From an uncultured Verrucomicrobiae bacterium (GTDB lineage: Bacteria; Verrucomicrobiota; Verrucomicrobiia; Chthoniobacterales; JAFAMB01), in the NCBI GenBank assembly GCA_963813025.1, contig CAWEXO010000008.1:327030-391029 (forward strand): a DNA stretch of 64,000 nt, read 5' to 3'. A program made the position numbers and the translations under genes. The notes beneath the pieces were generated by a model, which searched no databases, was not told the DNA's origin, and saw nothing but the letters and a program-made list of their open reading frames with translations. Shown here one piece after another: positions 50,162 to 62,168 of this stretch. Position 1 is the stretch's first letter. The number at the start of each line of letters is the position of its first letter.

Positions 50162-50965
50162 ATGTTTATGCAGTCATTTTCTTCAACATTTCAGATAGCT
50201 GGTCGGGAATTTCATTCCAGGCTGTTGATCGGGACGGGCAAATTTTCGAGCAACCAGGAAATGGCGGCCGCCTTGGAGGCGAGTGGAACCGAGCTGGTCA
50301 CGGTTGCTCTGCGTCGAGCCGATCTATCGGGCAAACACGACCCGTACGCGAATATCCTGGATTTCATCGATCCGAAGAAATACCTGCTGCTGCCAAATAC
50401 GAGCGGCGCAATGAACGCCGATGAAGCCGTGCGGCTGGCAAGGTTGGCTGCATCCGCCGGCCTGCCCAAGTGGGTCAAGTTGGAGATTCACCCCGATCCT
50501 CATTATCTCTTGCCCGATCCGATCGAGACATTGGCGGCAGCGGAACGCCTGGTGAAAGAAGGGTTTACGGTCTTGCCGTACATTAACGCCGATCCCGTGC
50601 TGGCTAAGCGCCTGCAAGAGGTTGGCACCGCCAGCGTGATGCCACTGGGATCCCCGATCGGCAGCAATCAAGGGATCCGGACAAAGGACCAGATTCGGAT
50701 CATCATCGATCAGGCGACAGTTCCGGTGATAGTCGACGCCGGCCTGGGCGCGCCGAGCCATGCGGCGGAAGCCATGGAACTCGGGGCGGACGGGGTTCTG
50801 GTGAATACCGCTATTGCGATCGCCGCAGACCCGGCTGGAATGGGTCGAGCGTTTCGGAAAGCCGTAGAAGCAGGCCGCGAGGCCTTCGAGATCGGCATCG
50901 GTACGCGCAGCGAGGAAGCGCAGCCGACCAGTCCGCTCGGTATTTTCCTTGAGCGGACTAGATGA
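50162..50965 (+). CDS. thiG: Thiazole synthase
   Basis: [35 protein letters not shown]. Confidence 0.96.
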   Translation: MFMQSFSSTFQIAGREFHSRLLIGTGKFSSNQEMAAALEASGTELVTVALRRADLSGKHDPYANILDFIDPKKYLLLPNTSGAMNADEAVRLARLAASAGLPKWVKLEIHPDPHYLLPDPIETLAAAERLVKEGFTVLPYINADPVLAKRLQEVGTASVMPLGSPIGSNQGIRTKDQIRIIIDQATVPVIVDAGLGAPSHAAEAMELGADGVLVNTAIAIAADPAGMGRAFRKAVEAGREAFEIGIGTRSEEAQPTSPLGIFLERTR

Positions 50966-51750
50966 GCCTGCTCGAGGTAGTCGATCTGCGCGTCTGGTTT
51001 CCGGTTAAGTCTTCTGTTCTGGGGCGAACGACGGACTATGTCAAAGCCGTAACCGATGTCTCGTTTTCGGTGCCAGCAGGCAAAACAGTCGGTTTGGTCG
51101 GCGAAAGCGGGAGCGGGAAGACAACGATTGGCAAGGCCATCCTGCACCTGATTCCGATCACGGCGGGCGAGGTCCGTTTTGCCGGTCAACCGGTCAGTGG
51201 TCTACCGGAACACCTCTTTCGACCGCTCCGCCGGGAGATCCAGATGATTTTTCAAGATCCTTTCGGATCGCTGAATCCGCGGTGGACGATTGGGCGGGCG
51301 ATCGCTGAGGCGCTGCAAATCCATTTTCCCGCGATGCGTCCAAATCAGCGCCGTTCAAGGGTCGCCGAGTTGCTCGAGATGGTCGGCCTGAAGCCTGAAC
51401 AGATGAATCGATTTCCACACGAGTTCAGTGGAGGACAGCGACAACGGATTGGTATCGCCCGCGCGCTGGCTGTCGAACCTCAGCTCATCGTCTGCGACGA
51501 ACCGGTCAGCGCGCTGGATGTGAGCGTGCAAGCACAGATTGTCAACCTGCTCCAGGATCTGCAGGAAAGCCTCGGACTTTCCTATCTCTTTATTGCGCAC
51601 GATCTTGCCGTGGTGGAGCACATCAGCGATGAAGTCGTCGTTTTATTTGGGGGTCAAGTCATGGAACACGCACCAGCCTCTCGCATTTATGGGTCTCCGC
51701 AGCATCCTTACACTCGAAAGTTGCTCGCCAGCGTGCCGACTCTAAACTAA
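50962..51750 (+). CDS. Peptide ABC ATP-binding protein (OppF-like)
   Basis: [34 protein letters not shown]. Confidence 0.92.
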   Translation: MSLLEVVDLRVWFPVKSSVLGRTTDYVKAVTDVSFSVPAGKTVGLVGESGSGKTTIGKAILHLIPITAGEVRFAGQPVSGLPEHLFRPLRREIQMIFQDPFGSLNPRWTIGRAIAEALQIHFPAMRPNQRRSRVAELLEMVGLKPEQMNRFPHEFSGGQRQRIGIARALAVEPQLIVCDEPVSALDVSVQAQIVNLLQDLQESLGLSYLFIAHDLAVVEHISDEVVVLFGGQVMEHAPASRIYGSPQHPYTRKLLASVPTLN

Positions 51751-51959
51751 GAATCAGCCGCTCTGAGCGAGGCCGCGCCTCAGACCGACAAAACTACTGA
51801 AACAAAGGCGGCCTGGAGATCCGCCGTTGTTTAGCGGCCTGGCTGTACAGCGTCCTTGAAAGGCGAAGAATAGAATATGTGGAAAAAAGTCCGTTTAAAA
51901 AAACTTGAGACATCTACATCGAACTTCGGTGTTCAAGGACTCTGGATCCTGTTCTTGGC

Positions 51960-53114
51960 ATGACCTTGATTCTCCGAAAGCTGCTGCGGTTGAATTGGAT
52001 TCTGCTCCTGCTGACTTTGGGCCTTGCTATCTTTGGAGTGGTCGCAATCTACAGTGCCACCTTTATGCGCCAGGAAGCCTATCTCTCCGAGATGTGGCGC
52101 AGACAGATTATCTGGTTAGTGATAGGCATTCTGGTCTTCTTTGTCGCAGCATTGATCGACTATCGATCCTGGCTCACCAACGTGATGCTCCCTCTCCTGT
52201 TCTATTTGGCAGGGCTGGGCCTGCTCGTCCTCGTGAAATTCAAGGGACGCAAGACCTACGGCGCGCAGAGCTGGCTGGACTTCGGGCCGCTGAGCTTGCA
52301 ACCGGCGCAGCTGGCGGTGATCGCCACCATTTTGCTTTTGGCCTGGTTTCTGGCGAACACGGAGAATTGGCATGGCTTCTGGCCAACCATCGGAAGGATT
52401 CTGAGTTGCGGGGCGATCATCGCGCCTCCGTGGCTCCTGATCCTGCTCCAGCCGGACCTCGGCGAGTGCCTGGTCTGGATTCCGACTTTGCTGGGCTTGC
52501 TCTTTGTGGGTCGAATCCCGAAACGCTATCTCCTCGTCATGATCATCGCCGGTTTTGCGTTGATCCCCGTGGTGGCGAATTTCGGTTTAAAGCCTTTTCA
52601 GCGCGAGCGGCTCTTGACGTTTGTAAACCCTGATTACGATCCTCAAGGAGCAGGCTGGAACATCAACCAATCCTTAATTGCCATCGGCTCGGGAGGGTTC
52701 AACGGCAAAGGATTGACCGCTCCCAACACTCAGGTCGCTCTGGGTTTCGTGCCTCAGACGGTGGTTCACAACGATTTCATTTTCGTGGCCATCGCCGAGC
52801 AACTGGGTTTTGTCGGCGGGATCACTCTGATCGCGGCCTTCGCTGCGCTGCTTCTTACTGGGCTGCTGATAGCCGCATCCGCACAGGACGCGCTGGGGCG
52901 CCTGGTCACCGTTGGGGTGGTCACCCTGATTTTCACTCATATCTACATGAACATCGGGATGACTATCTCGATTACGCCGATAACCGGAGTTCCGCTGCCC
53001 CTGATCAGTTACGGTGGTTCATTCCTCGTGTTGGTGCTCTTCGCCTTGGGGGTTCTCGAGAGCATCTGGATACACCGGAAGCCGTTCGGAGGACGTCCCC
53101 GCCTGGCGCGGTGA
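51960..53114 (+). CDS. rodA: Rod shape-determining SEDS protein
   Basis: GAQSW, QPDLG, QSLIAIGSGG, HNDFIF, PITGVPLPLISYGGS. Confidence 0.9.
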   Translation: MTLILRKLLRLNWILLLLTLGLAIFGVVAIYSATFMRQEAYLSEMWRRQIIWLVIGILVFFVAALIDYRSWLTNVMLPLLFYLAGLGLLVLVKFKGRKTYGAQSWLDFGPLSLQPAQLAVIATILLLAWFLANTENWHGFWPTIGRILSCGAIIAPPWLLILLQPDLGECLVWIPTLLGLLFVGRIPKRYLLVMIIAGFALIPVVANFGLKPFQRERLLTFVNPDYDPQGAGWNINQSLIAIGSGGFNGKGLTAPNTQVALGFVPQTVVHNDFIFVAIAEQLGFVGGITLIAAFAALLLTGLLIAASAQDALGRLVTVGVVTLIFTHIYMNIGMTISITPITGVPLPLISYGGSFLVLVLFALGVLESIWIHRKPFGGRPRLAR

Positions 53115-53433
53115 GCCGAGGAGCGGTAGGGATTAGTTCTGGATGAGCTCCCGACTACGGACAAGCCTTCGTCGCGGCCGGATGTGGAATGGCACAAACG
53201 CCTGACCAAGGGCGCGCGGTAGCGCTGCGGAGGCGGCCTGCTCGCCCAGATCGAGAGGTGATCCAACACTAAGGAGGTCAAGCAGGAGCTTGCCCCTCCT
53301 AACGTCGCTGTTGCGAGACAGTCTCTAAATTTTCACGCCACCGGCACAGGGCCAGAATCGCGCTGCGAAACTTCTCTGTTTTCTCGAGCCAAATCGTGCC
53401 TGGTGACCCGTCGACCCGCGCTCCAGAAGATCG

Positions 53434-54414
53434 CTAATAGATCTTTATATACGCCTTCTCGCGAAGGCCATCGATCCAGCGTTGGGTGGCCTTCTGACGC
53501 TCGGTTTGTTCGAGCTTCTTTTTGATGCCGTCCTTCACCTCCTGGAGAGGGATCACGGTCGAATTCTTCTTTTCGTCGCAGTAAAGCAAGTAATACGCGT
53601 TTCCCACCTGCGTTACCGGGCTGACCTGGCCGGGAGATAAGGCAAAAGCGACGCCAGTCAACTCTTTGTTCAACGTCTTCTCGTCAACCCAACCCCAATC
53701 TCCGCCGTTCTCCGCTGTACCATCCATCGAATACGTCTTTGCCAGCGTGGCAAAGTCGGTGCCGCTCACTGCCTTCTGGCGAATCTCTTCCGCCATCTTT
53801 CGCGTCGAATCTGCTGATTCGACGTCCAGCGGATCCGCATTTAACACGATCATCCGAAGTTTTATCTGTGCCGGCGTAGCGAATTGTTTTCGGTTTGCGT
53901 CGTAATACGCCTGGATCTCTTGCGGTGACGCCGAAAAATCCCCCTTGACGTTATTCTGACGCATCACCTGCACGATAATTTTGTCTCGTTCGGAATCGCG
54001 GAATTTGTTCAGCGTGTAGCCCTGAGCGTCGAGCGTACGGACGAAAGCCTGCCGATCACCCGCGAAATTGTCTTTGATGATCTCCCTGACTTGTTCTTCC
54101 ACCGCGTAATCGGGAATCTTGTACTCTTTTTTCTTGAATTCCTGCAGGACCAGCTGCCGATCGATCAAATCGGCGAGAGCAGCCAGCCGGGTTTCCTTGA
54201 TTTTGTCGATCAGCTCCTGGCCGGTGTATTGCTGGCGCAAGGATTGTTCCTGTGGCGCAGACACTTCCTGGACCTGCGAGAACGTGATGACATCGTTATT
54301 TACGACTGCCGCGATACCATCGATTACCTGGGGTTCTGCGGCCCGGCCGCAGGGAACCAAAGCGACAGATAAAAAGAAGAGACACGGGAGCAACAGCTTC
54401 GAAGACATGGCCAT
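53434..54414 (-). CDS. surA: SurA-like peptidyl-prolyl isomerase
   Basis: DGIAAVVNNDVIT, parvulin FATLAKTYS..GGDWGW, LREKAYIKI. Confidence 0.85.
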   Translation of the reverse strand: MAMSSKLLLPCLFFLSVALVPCGRAAEPQVIDGIAAVVNNDVITFSQVQEVSAPQEQSLRQQYTGQELIDKIKETRLAALADLIDRQLVLQEFKKKEYKIPDYAVEEQVREIIKDNFAGDRQAFVRTLDAQGYTLNKFRDSERDKIIVQVMRQNNVKGDFSASPQEIQAYYDANRKQFATPAQIKLRMIVLNADPLDVESADSTRKMAEEIRQKAVSGTDFATLAKTYSMDGTAENGGDWGWVDEKTLNKELTGVAFALSPGQVSPVTQVGNAYYLLYCDEKKNSTVIPLQEVKDGIKKKLEQTERQKATQRWIDGLREKAYIKIY

Positions 54415-54415
54415 T

Positions 54416-57400
54416 TCAGGTAAGACTACTTATCAGAGTGAATAGCTCGGAGAGATTATTTTCCGGTGATTCAGAAGTCAAGCGGGGAAACCGGCTCCCG
54501 ATGAGCAGGTAGTCGCCGCCCCGACGCAGCATGACTTTGCGGCCTTTCACCTCGATTTCCGTGATCTTCTTGCCACCGGCGGCGAGTTTGATTTGGGTCA
54601 ACAGAAGCAAATTCCGGACGGCCGCGGGCAGCGGTCCAAAGCGGTCCCGCCATTGCCTCCCGACCTCCTCCAGTTGCTCGTTTGTGGCTGCCTCAGCAAT
54701 TTTCTTGTAGGCCTGGATCCGGAGTGCCGGTTGCGAGATATACTCGGAAGGAATAAAACTCGGAGCGGTCGCCTTCTCCTCTCCGAACGCCTCAGCTTCA
54801 TTGGTTCTGACAAAATCCAGCCGGACCAGCACATCCGTGCGGCTTCGGGACGGCCGGCCTCGCAGCGTTTCCACCGCCCGCTGCAGGAGCTGACAATAGA
54901 GATCGAAGCCGATATTCACGATATGTCCGCTCTGTGCCGTACCCAGCAGGTTGCCAGCGCCCCGGATCTCGAGGTCACGCATGGCGATTTTAAAGCCGGC
55001 GCCGAGTCCCGAATACTGTTTGATGGCGTTGATCCGGCGACGCGCCGCGCCGACGGTCATGAGATCCCGGGGCAAAAACAGATAAGCATAGGCCTTGTGC
55101 TGCGCTCGCCCGACGCGCCCGCGAAGCTGATAAAGATCGGCCAATCCAAACCGGTCGGCTCGATCGATGATGATGGTATTCGCATTGGGTATGTCGAGAC
55201 CGCTCTCGACAATGGTGGTCGAAATGAGAATGTCGCACTCGCCGGACACGAAGCGCTTCATGACTTCCTCCAGCTCGTTTTCGTCCATTTTTCCGTGACC
55301 AACCTCGATCCGCGCCCCGGGACAAAGCTGGCGGATCCGATCTCGCACCCGATCGATTGATTCGATGCGATTGTGCAGAAAATAGACCTGGCCCCGCCGG
55401 CGCAGCTCCCGCTGGACGGCGTCCCGGATCAGTCGTTCGTCGTAGCCACAGATCATCGTCTCCACCGGCAACCGATTGGGCGGCGGCGTCTCGATAATCG
55501 ACATGTCGCGCGCTCCTACTAGCGAAAGGTAAAGAGTCCGGGGAATCGGTGTCGCCGAAAGAGTCAAGACATCGATCAGTTTAAATTGCTCTTTGAATCG
55601 TTCTTTGTGCCGGACGCCAAAGCGTTGTTCCTCGTCAATTACGACCAGCCCAAGATCTTTGAAAACAACGTCACCAGAGATCAGGCGGTGGGTCCCAATG
55701 ACAATGTCGACCGAGCCTGTTCTGAGCCCATCGAGCGTCTTCCGTTCCTCGCCGGGGGAAAGAAAACGGCTGAGCATCGCTACCTTCAAGGGATAATCGG
55801 ACATCCTTTCGCGAAAGGTATTGAAGTGCTGCTGGGCCAGTACCGTGGTGGGCACAAGCATCGCTACCTGCTTGCCGCTTGTCGCGGCCTTGAATGCCGC
55901 CCGGATCGCCACTTCGGTTTTCCCAAAACCGACATCACCGCAGATCAACCGGTCCATCGGTTGCTCTGATTCCATATCACGTTTGGTATCCTCGATCGCT
56001 TTGAGCTGGTCCGGCGTTTCCTTGAACAAGAATGAGCCTTCGAACTCGATCTGCCACTTGGAGTCCGGCGGGAATGAGAAGCCGGTCAACGTGTTGCGTT
56101 CGGCTTGTAGACTCAAAAGACGGGCGGCGTAGTCATAGACTGCGTTTTCCGCGGCTTTTTTTGCTTTAGTCCAGCGGCTGTCGCCCAGGCTGCTCAGGGG
56201 CGGAAATCTTTTACCGATGCCGACGTACCGCGAAATGAGAAACGCTTGCTCGAAGGGCACGTAGAGCCGCGCGTCGTTCGCGAACTCGAGCAGCACGACT
56301 TCTTGCGACGCACCGTTGCTCGCGACTTGCTGAATCCCTAGATATCTTCCGATTCCATGCTCCAGGTGAACGACCAGGTCGCCTTCGGCCAATTCGCTGA
56401 AGTCAATTGGCGCGCGATTTGCCTGGAGACGCGATCGGCGCAGCGCGAGTCTTTGTGCACTGGGACTTCGGTAACGGCCAAAGATTTCCGCATCGCACAG
56501 GAGGGCCAGCCGGCCCGACGGATAGATGAACCCGTTGTTCAACACGCCGACCGCGAACTGAATCTTTTCGACGTTGACCTCATTGTCGCTCAAAACGTCG
56601 CGCAGCCGTTCAATCTCCCCCTCGTTATGGCAGACGGCGAGCAGCTCCCAGCCTTCGCCGATCCAATCGCGCAGCTGTTTCAGAGCAACCTCGCGTTTGC
56701 CCTCCTCAACCAAAAAATCGCCTGCCTCAAAATCCTGAAAACCAGATTCAAAAAAGGCGGTACTGAAATCCTCGGGACCGCGACCCGCGGCTGCGCCCGA
56801 GGAGATCTGGACGCCGGCTGTTTCCAATCCGGCGTCCATGTCGAACAAGAGATCGTCCGGTCCGAAATAGTCGCGAAGCAACTGGAGATTGCCCGTGGGT
56901 GAACCGAGAAGAACCTCGCATCGATCGACTGTCTGGACGGATGTTTGCTCATCAAGATCGAATTCCCGAATCGAGTCCAACTCATCTCCGAAGAACTCAA
57001 GACGCACCGGTTGAGAATGCTGCGGCGCGAACACGTCCACAATTCCTCCGCGAACGGCAAATTGCGGTCGGCCACTGACCTGGTCAACGCGTTCAAAGCC
57101 GGCATCAATCAGTTCCCGAAGGAATTGATCACGGTCCAGGCGCTCACCGCGCCGTAGGATTTTTGAGTTTTGCCGCAGACTGTCGGGCGATGGCACTCGG
57201 TCGCCCAACGAAGCCTTGCTCACCACGACCACGTGCCTCTCTTGGCTGGCAATCTGCCGGAGCAAGTCGAGGCGCTCCGCCATAATTTCCGGATCGGGAA
57301 GCGCGCCTTCAATTGCCGGGATCTCCAATTCTGGAAAGAAGAAGGCGCTGACCTTCCAGTTGAGCAGACCGTTATAGATCTCCTCCTGCCGGCGAACGTC

Positions 57401-57577
57401 GGGGCAAACTAACCAACAGGAATGGGAAGCGAAATGACTCGTGACACATGCTGCGGCAAAGGCCTGCGCCTGAGGGCAGACGTGAGCAAGAATGACTTCT
57501 CGTTTCGCCGAAAGCTTTCGCCGGAACGCCTCGGAATTTTTGGCCTTTGCAATCGTGGTCAAAAAGAGATCTGTCAT
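54416..57577 (-). CDS. mfd: Transcription-repair coupling factor
   Basis: MDRLICGDVGFGKTEVA, DEEQRFG, SATPIPR, QLRGRVGR; SD-like AGGGGGG before the ATG. Confidence 0.97.
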   Translation of the reverse strand: MTDLFLTTIAKAKNSEAFRRKLSAKREVILAHVCPQAQAFAAACVTSHFASHSCWLVCPDVRRQEEIYNGLLNWKVSAFFFPELEIPAIEGALPDPEIMAERLDLLRQIASQERHVVVVSKASLGDRVPSPDSLRQNSKILRRGERLDRDQFLRELIDAGFERVDQVSGRPQFAVRGGIVDVFAPQHSQPVRLEFFGDELDSIREFDLDEQTSVQTVDRCEVLLGSPTGNLQLLRDYFGPDDLLFDMDAGLETAGVQISSGAAAGRGPEDFSTAFFESGFQDFEAGDFLVEEGKREVALKQLRDWIGEGWELLAVCHNEGEIERLRDVLSDNEVNVEKIQFAVGVLNNGFIYPSGRLALLCDAEIFGRYRSPSAQRLALRRSRLQANRAPIDFSELAEGDLVVHLEHGIGRYLGIQQVASNGASQEVVLLEFANDARLYVPFEQAFLISRYVGIGKRFPPLSSLGDSRWTKAKKAAENAVYDYAARLLSLQAERNTLTGFSFPPDSKWQIEFEGSFLFKETPDQLKAIEDTKRDMESEQPMDRLICGDVGFGKTEVAIRAAFKAATSGKQVAMLVPTTVLAQQHFNTFRERMSDYPLKVAMLSRFLSPGEERKTLDGLRTGSVDIVIGTHRLISGDVVFKDLGLVVIDEEQRFGVRHKERFKEQFKLIDVLTLSATPIPRTLYLSLVGARDMSIIETPPPNRLPVETMICGYDERLIRDAVQRELRRRGQVYFLHNRIESIDRVRDRIRQLCPGARIEVGHGKMDENELEEVMKRFVSGECDILISTTIVESGLDIPNANTIIIDRADRFGLADLYQLRGRVGRAQHKAYAYLFLPRDLMTVGAARRRINAIKQYSGLGAGFKIAMRDLEIRGAGNLLGTAQSGHIVNIGFDLYCQLLQRAVETLRGRPSRSRTDVLVRLDFVRTNEAEAFGEEKATAPSFIPSEYISQPALRIQAYKKIAEAATNEQLEEVGRQWRDRFGPLPAAVRNLLLLTQIKLAAGGKKITEIEVKGRKVMLRRGGDYLLIGSRFPRLTSESPENNLSELFTLISSLT

Positions 57578-57667
57578 GTCCCCCCTGTACGTTATCACGA
57601 GAGCTATCGGAGGGTAAAACGAGTCGCCTCACCGCACGGAGTCCATGTTGGTCCTATGAGCCGCAAC

Positions 57668-57890
57668 TGGTGCACCGTCTCTCATATAATGGTGCTTACG
57701 CCCGCAGGTCAGTTGGCTGTTTTTCAAGGCGCGGTCCGAGCCGGACCGGCACTAGAAGCGCCCATACCTGAATTCATACGGGCCGTGGTCCGAGCCGGAC
57801 TGGCGTTAGTAACGCCGAAAAACAGCCGACTGGCCGGCGGCTCCATTTTGAACTCAACGATGGCACCATAATACGAGAGACGGTGCACCA
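57668..57890. repeat. 223-bp MITE/REP-like element with 28-bp terminal inverted repeats
   Basis: TGGTGCACCGTCTCTCATATAATGGTGC and its inverse (26/28); solo copy at 49452-49477. Confidence 0.75.
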
Positions 57891-57893
57891 GCC

Positions 57894-59336
57894 CTATTGA
57901 AAACTCAGCTCTTTAGTAATCCCGTATCGCTCGATCCGCTTGCGCAAAGTTGCCCGGGTTACCCCGAGCAGTTTGGCCGCTTTTACCTGGTTGCCTTTGG
58001 TCCGTTTCATCGCCACCAGGGTGAACTCCCGCTCGAGCCATGGGAGGAGCTGGAGGCTTGAGTCTTGCGCGGCAGCATCGAGCAATGTCTCGACCGCCTG
58101 ATCCAGGCTGGGTTTGGGTTGTGCGGAAACCTGAACAGGCAGATCGTTGAGGCTGTCGCTGTCATCGCGGCCGCTGACACCAAGCGGGATGTCTTTGGGC
58201 AAGAGCACGTCACTGGTTGCCAGCACGCATGCCCTTTGAATCGTATTCTCCAATTCCCGCACATTCCCCGGCCATGGATGCTCCTCCATCAGCTTGAGAG
58301 CCTCCGCCGAAAGCGTCAGCTCCGGAAGGTGTTTCTGGGTAGCAATCCTTTTGAGAAAGTATTCGGCGAGAAGCCTGATGTCCTCCCGGCGCTGGCGCAG
58401 CGGCGGCAGATGCACTCGCACCACATTCAAACGATAGAAGAGATCTTCGCGAAATCGTTTTTTTGCGACTTCTTGCTCCAGGGTCTTATTCGTCGCCGCG
58501 ATCATCCGGACATCCGCCTTTACAACGGCGTTACCGCCGACCCGGGAGAATTCACCTTCCTGTAAAACTCGGAGAATCTTACTCTGGACCGGGAGCGGCA
58601 TTTCGCCGATCTCGTCCAGGAACAAGGTCCCGCCATGGCTTTGCTCAAAACGCCCGATCCGTTGATTGCTCGCCCCGGTGAATGCTCCTTTTTCGTGCCC
58701 GAACAGCTCGCTTTCCAACAAATTTTCCGGGATTGCGGCGCAATTAATCGCGATGAAAGGCTGTTTGCTTCGATTCCCATAATGGTGAATCGCCCGCGCC
58801 ACCAGTTCTTTGCCGGAGCCGCTCTCACCGGTGATCATGACCGGCGCGTCGCTGTGGGAAACGCGACCGATCATTTTGAAAACCTGCTGCATTGGCCCTG
58901 ATTGCCCGACCAGGCTATCTTGATACTGCTCAACAGTGAGTTGGGGTTTGAAGGCGGTCGCCGAACGCATCTCGGCCTGTACTGTCAGCGCCGCGTCGAC
59001 AACCGGTTTTAAATTAAACGGCAACGACTCTTTGCGGAGGTAATCGAAGGCGCCCAGTTTCATTGATTCGATCACCGACTGGGTCGTGCCGAACGCGCTC
59101 ATCAAGATCACCAAGGCGTTTGGATCACGTTGCCGGACGCGCGCCAGCAATTCCAGCCCGCTGAAAGGCATCAGGTGCGTCTCGGAAATAAGCAGATCCG
59201 GACTGTCCGCCAAATAAATCTTATACCCTTCGTCGGCTGTCGTCGCGGTCAGGACCCGGGTTGTCGGCGTTTGCAGCTGGTGCTGCGCCCATTCGAGGAA
59301 ATCAGTTTCTGGATCTACGAGTAAAATACTCTGCAT
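57894..59336 (-). CDS. Sigma54-dependent activator, NtrC family, with an atypical receiver
   Basis: GESGSGKE, ESELFGHEKGAFTGA, WPGNVRELEN, Fis-type HTH. Confidence 0.93.
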   Translation of the reverse strand: MQSILLVDPETDFLEWAQHQLQTPTTRVLTATTADEGYKIYLADSPDLLISETHLMPFSGLELLARVRQRDPNALVILMSAFGTTQSVIESMKLGAFDYLRKESLPFNLKPVVDAALTVQAEMRSATAFKPQLTVEQYQDSLVGQSGPMQQVFKMIGRVSHSDAPVMITGESGSGKELVARAIHHYGNRSKQPFIAINCAAIPENLLESELFGHEKGAFTGASNQRIGRFEQSHGGTLFLDEIGEMPLPVQSKILRVLQEGEFSRVGGNAVVKADVRMIAATNKTLEQEVAKKRFREDLFYRLNVVRVHLPPLRQRREDIRLLAEYFLKRIATQKHLPELTLSAEALKLMEEHPWPGNVRELENTIQRACVLATSDVLLPKDIPLGVSGRDDSDSLNDLPVQVSAQPKPSLDQAVETLLDAAAQDSSLQLLPWLEREFTLVAMKRTKGNQVKAAKLLGVTRATLRKRIERYGITKELSFQ

Positions 59337-59462
59337 CGATGGTCTACTCAGTGAGGAGCGGAGGCCCTGAAGGTGGGGCGATTCATCCCCGCCAGCTGTC
59401 TGTGCCTGTAATCAGGCTGTTACTTTTTGCGCATCTCGCGCAAACCGCAAGGATTAAAGAAA

Positions 59463-59647
59463 GCGGCGGGAGCGGAGGGAGCGGCTTCAGCGGCGGGATG
59501 TAGCACCGGGGCGGCGGGAGCTGAACAACTGATGCTCGTTTGATTGCGTCGCGTGGTACTTCGCCGCCCAGCGAAAAAATCAGCTTCGCCCTTCAACCGT
59601 CCTGCGCTACATCCCGCCGCTGAAACCGCTCCCTCCGCTCCCGCCGC
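59463..59647. repeat. 42-bp inverted repeat pair
   Basis: 59463-59504 versus the reverse complement of 59606-59647, one mismatch. Confidence 0.8.
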
Positions 59648-59652
59648 GTTCT

Positions 59653-60357
59653 TCACACTCCACCATAACGGCGCCGACGTTTACCAAACTCTTCAACGGC
59701 TTGGCGAAGATCGGCCTTTCCAAAATCGGGCCAGAACTTTTCCGAGACATAGATCTCCGTATAGCTCAATTGCCACAGGAGGAAATTGGAGATCCGGAGT
59801 TCTCCCGACGTACGAATCAACAGGTCCGGGTCGGGCCAGGATGAGGTGTAGAGATACTGTTGAAACAATTCAGGGTTCAACGTCTCGGGATCGAGCCGGC
59901 CGGCTTGCACGTCTCGCAGAAGATTTCTAATCGCGTCAACGATTTCGATACGACTGCTGTAATTCACTGCGAGAATCGTCGTGAGACGGTCGTTCAACCG
60001 GGTAGTCTCAATTGCCTCGTACAGCTGCTCCTGGCAACTGGTGGGGAGTTCGGACAACCGGCCGATGGCCTCGAGCTTGACTCCCCGGCCCTTCATCTCG
60101 CGGGTGTAGTCCTTCAAAAATCGGCGGAGCAAGCTCATGAGCGTGTCGACCTCGGCTTTTGGTCGGCGCCAGTTATCGCTGGAAAACGCGTAGAGTGTCA
60201 GAAACATAATGCCCATCTCCAGACACGCTTCTACGCACTCCCGAACCGCCTTGGCCCCTTCCAGATGCCCTCTGCTGCGCGGCCAGCCGCGTTGGCGCGC
60301 CCAGCGGCCGTTGCCATCCATGATCACGGCTACATGTTTAGGAATGGCGATCGACAT
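59653..60357 (-). CDS. uppS: Undecaprenyl diphosphate synthase
   Basis: HVAVIMDGNGRW, LYAFSSDNW, IRTSGELRISNFLLWQ; start may be further upstream. Confidence 0.94.
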   Translation of the reverse strand: MSIAIPKHVAVIMDGNGRWARQRGWPRSRGHLEGAKAVRECVEACLEMGIMFLTLYAFSSDNWRRPKAEVDTLMSLLRRFLKDYTREMKGRGVKLEAIGRLSELPTSCQEQLYEAIETTRLNDRLTTILAVNYSSRIEIVDAIRNLLRDVQAGRLDPETLNPELFQQYLYTSSWPDPDLLIRTSGELRISNFLLWQLSYTEIYVSEKFWPDFGKADLRQAVEEFGKRRRRYGGV

Positions 60358-60488
60358 CGAATGCTTGGACACGCCACTGGCGCCCGGCCAGACTACACCG
60401 CTACCCCTGAACTCTGAGGAAGGTGGCTCCGCAACTCGCCTTGACCTGGACTCGAGTGCTTTCCATTCTTTTTCCTTCCGTGGTGACA

Positions 60489-61778
<1,290 letters not shown>

Positions 61779-62002
61779 TCAAATGAACGATTTGGCGGAA
61801 CAGAGTGCGAACCTAGGCCCCGCTCTAATGTCGTGCAAGCAACATCGGTGAAGCCACCCCGGCACGACGAGAATTCAGAGATTGTCTCGGAACATTGCAA
61901 TCCAGATCTGGCAGGAAGCGCTGTTAGCTCACCGCGTGTCGTACTCTTGCTCCGTGCTGTGTCTGCCGACGCTTAACGAAGGAAGGAGCGGAACGAAAAT
62001 AA

Positions 62003-62150
62003 GCTGGGATGCCGGTATGGATACGTCCACACGGTCCCCACCCCGTGAGGGCGGAATGAAGGGTCGGCCGCATTCGATCTTCTACATCCTAGCGTCCGGA
62101 GGACGTTGTCCACCGCACGGCGCCGGGACACCATGCCCGGTCGCGAAACC
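62003..62150. ncRNA. Candidate structured RNA, family unassigned
   Basis: 5' GGGATGCCGGTATGGATACGTCC can pair with 3' GGACGTTGTCCACCGCACGGCGCC; internal GTGA-loop hairpin. Confidence 0.35.
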
Positions 62151-62168
62151 GATTAATCGGCGTCAACC

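Noticed and set aside
62080..62145. ykkC/guanidine-type riboswitch
   Set aside because: Only loose resemblance, and on the plus strand there is no downstream gene to regulate
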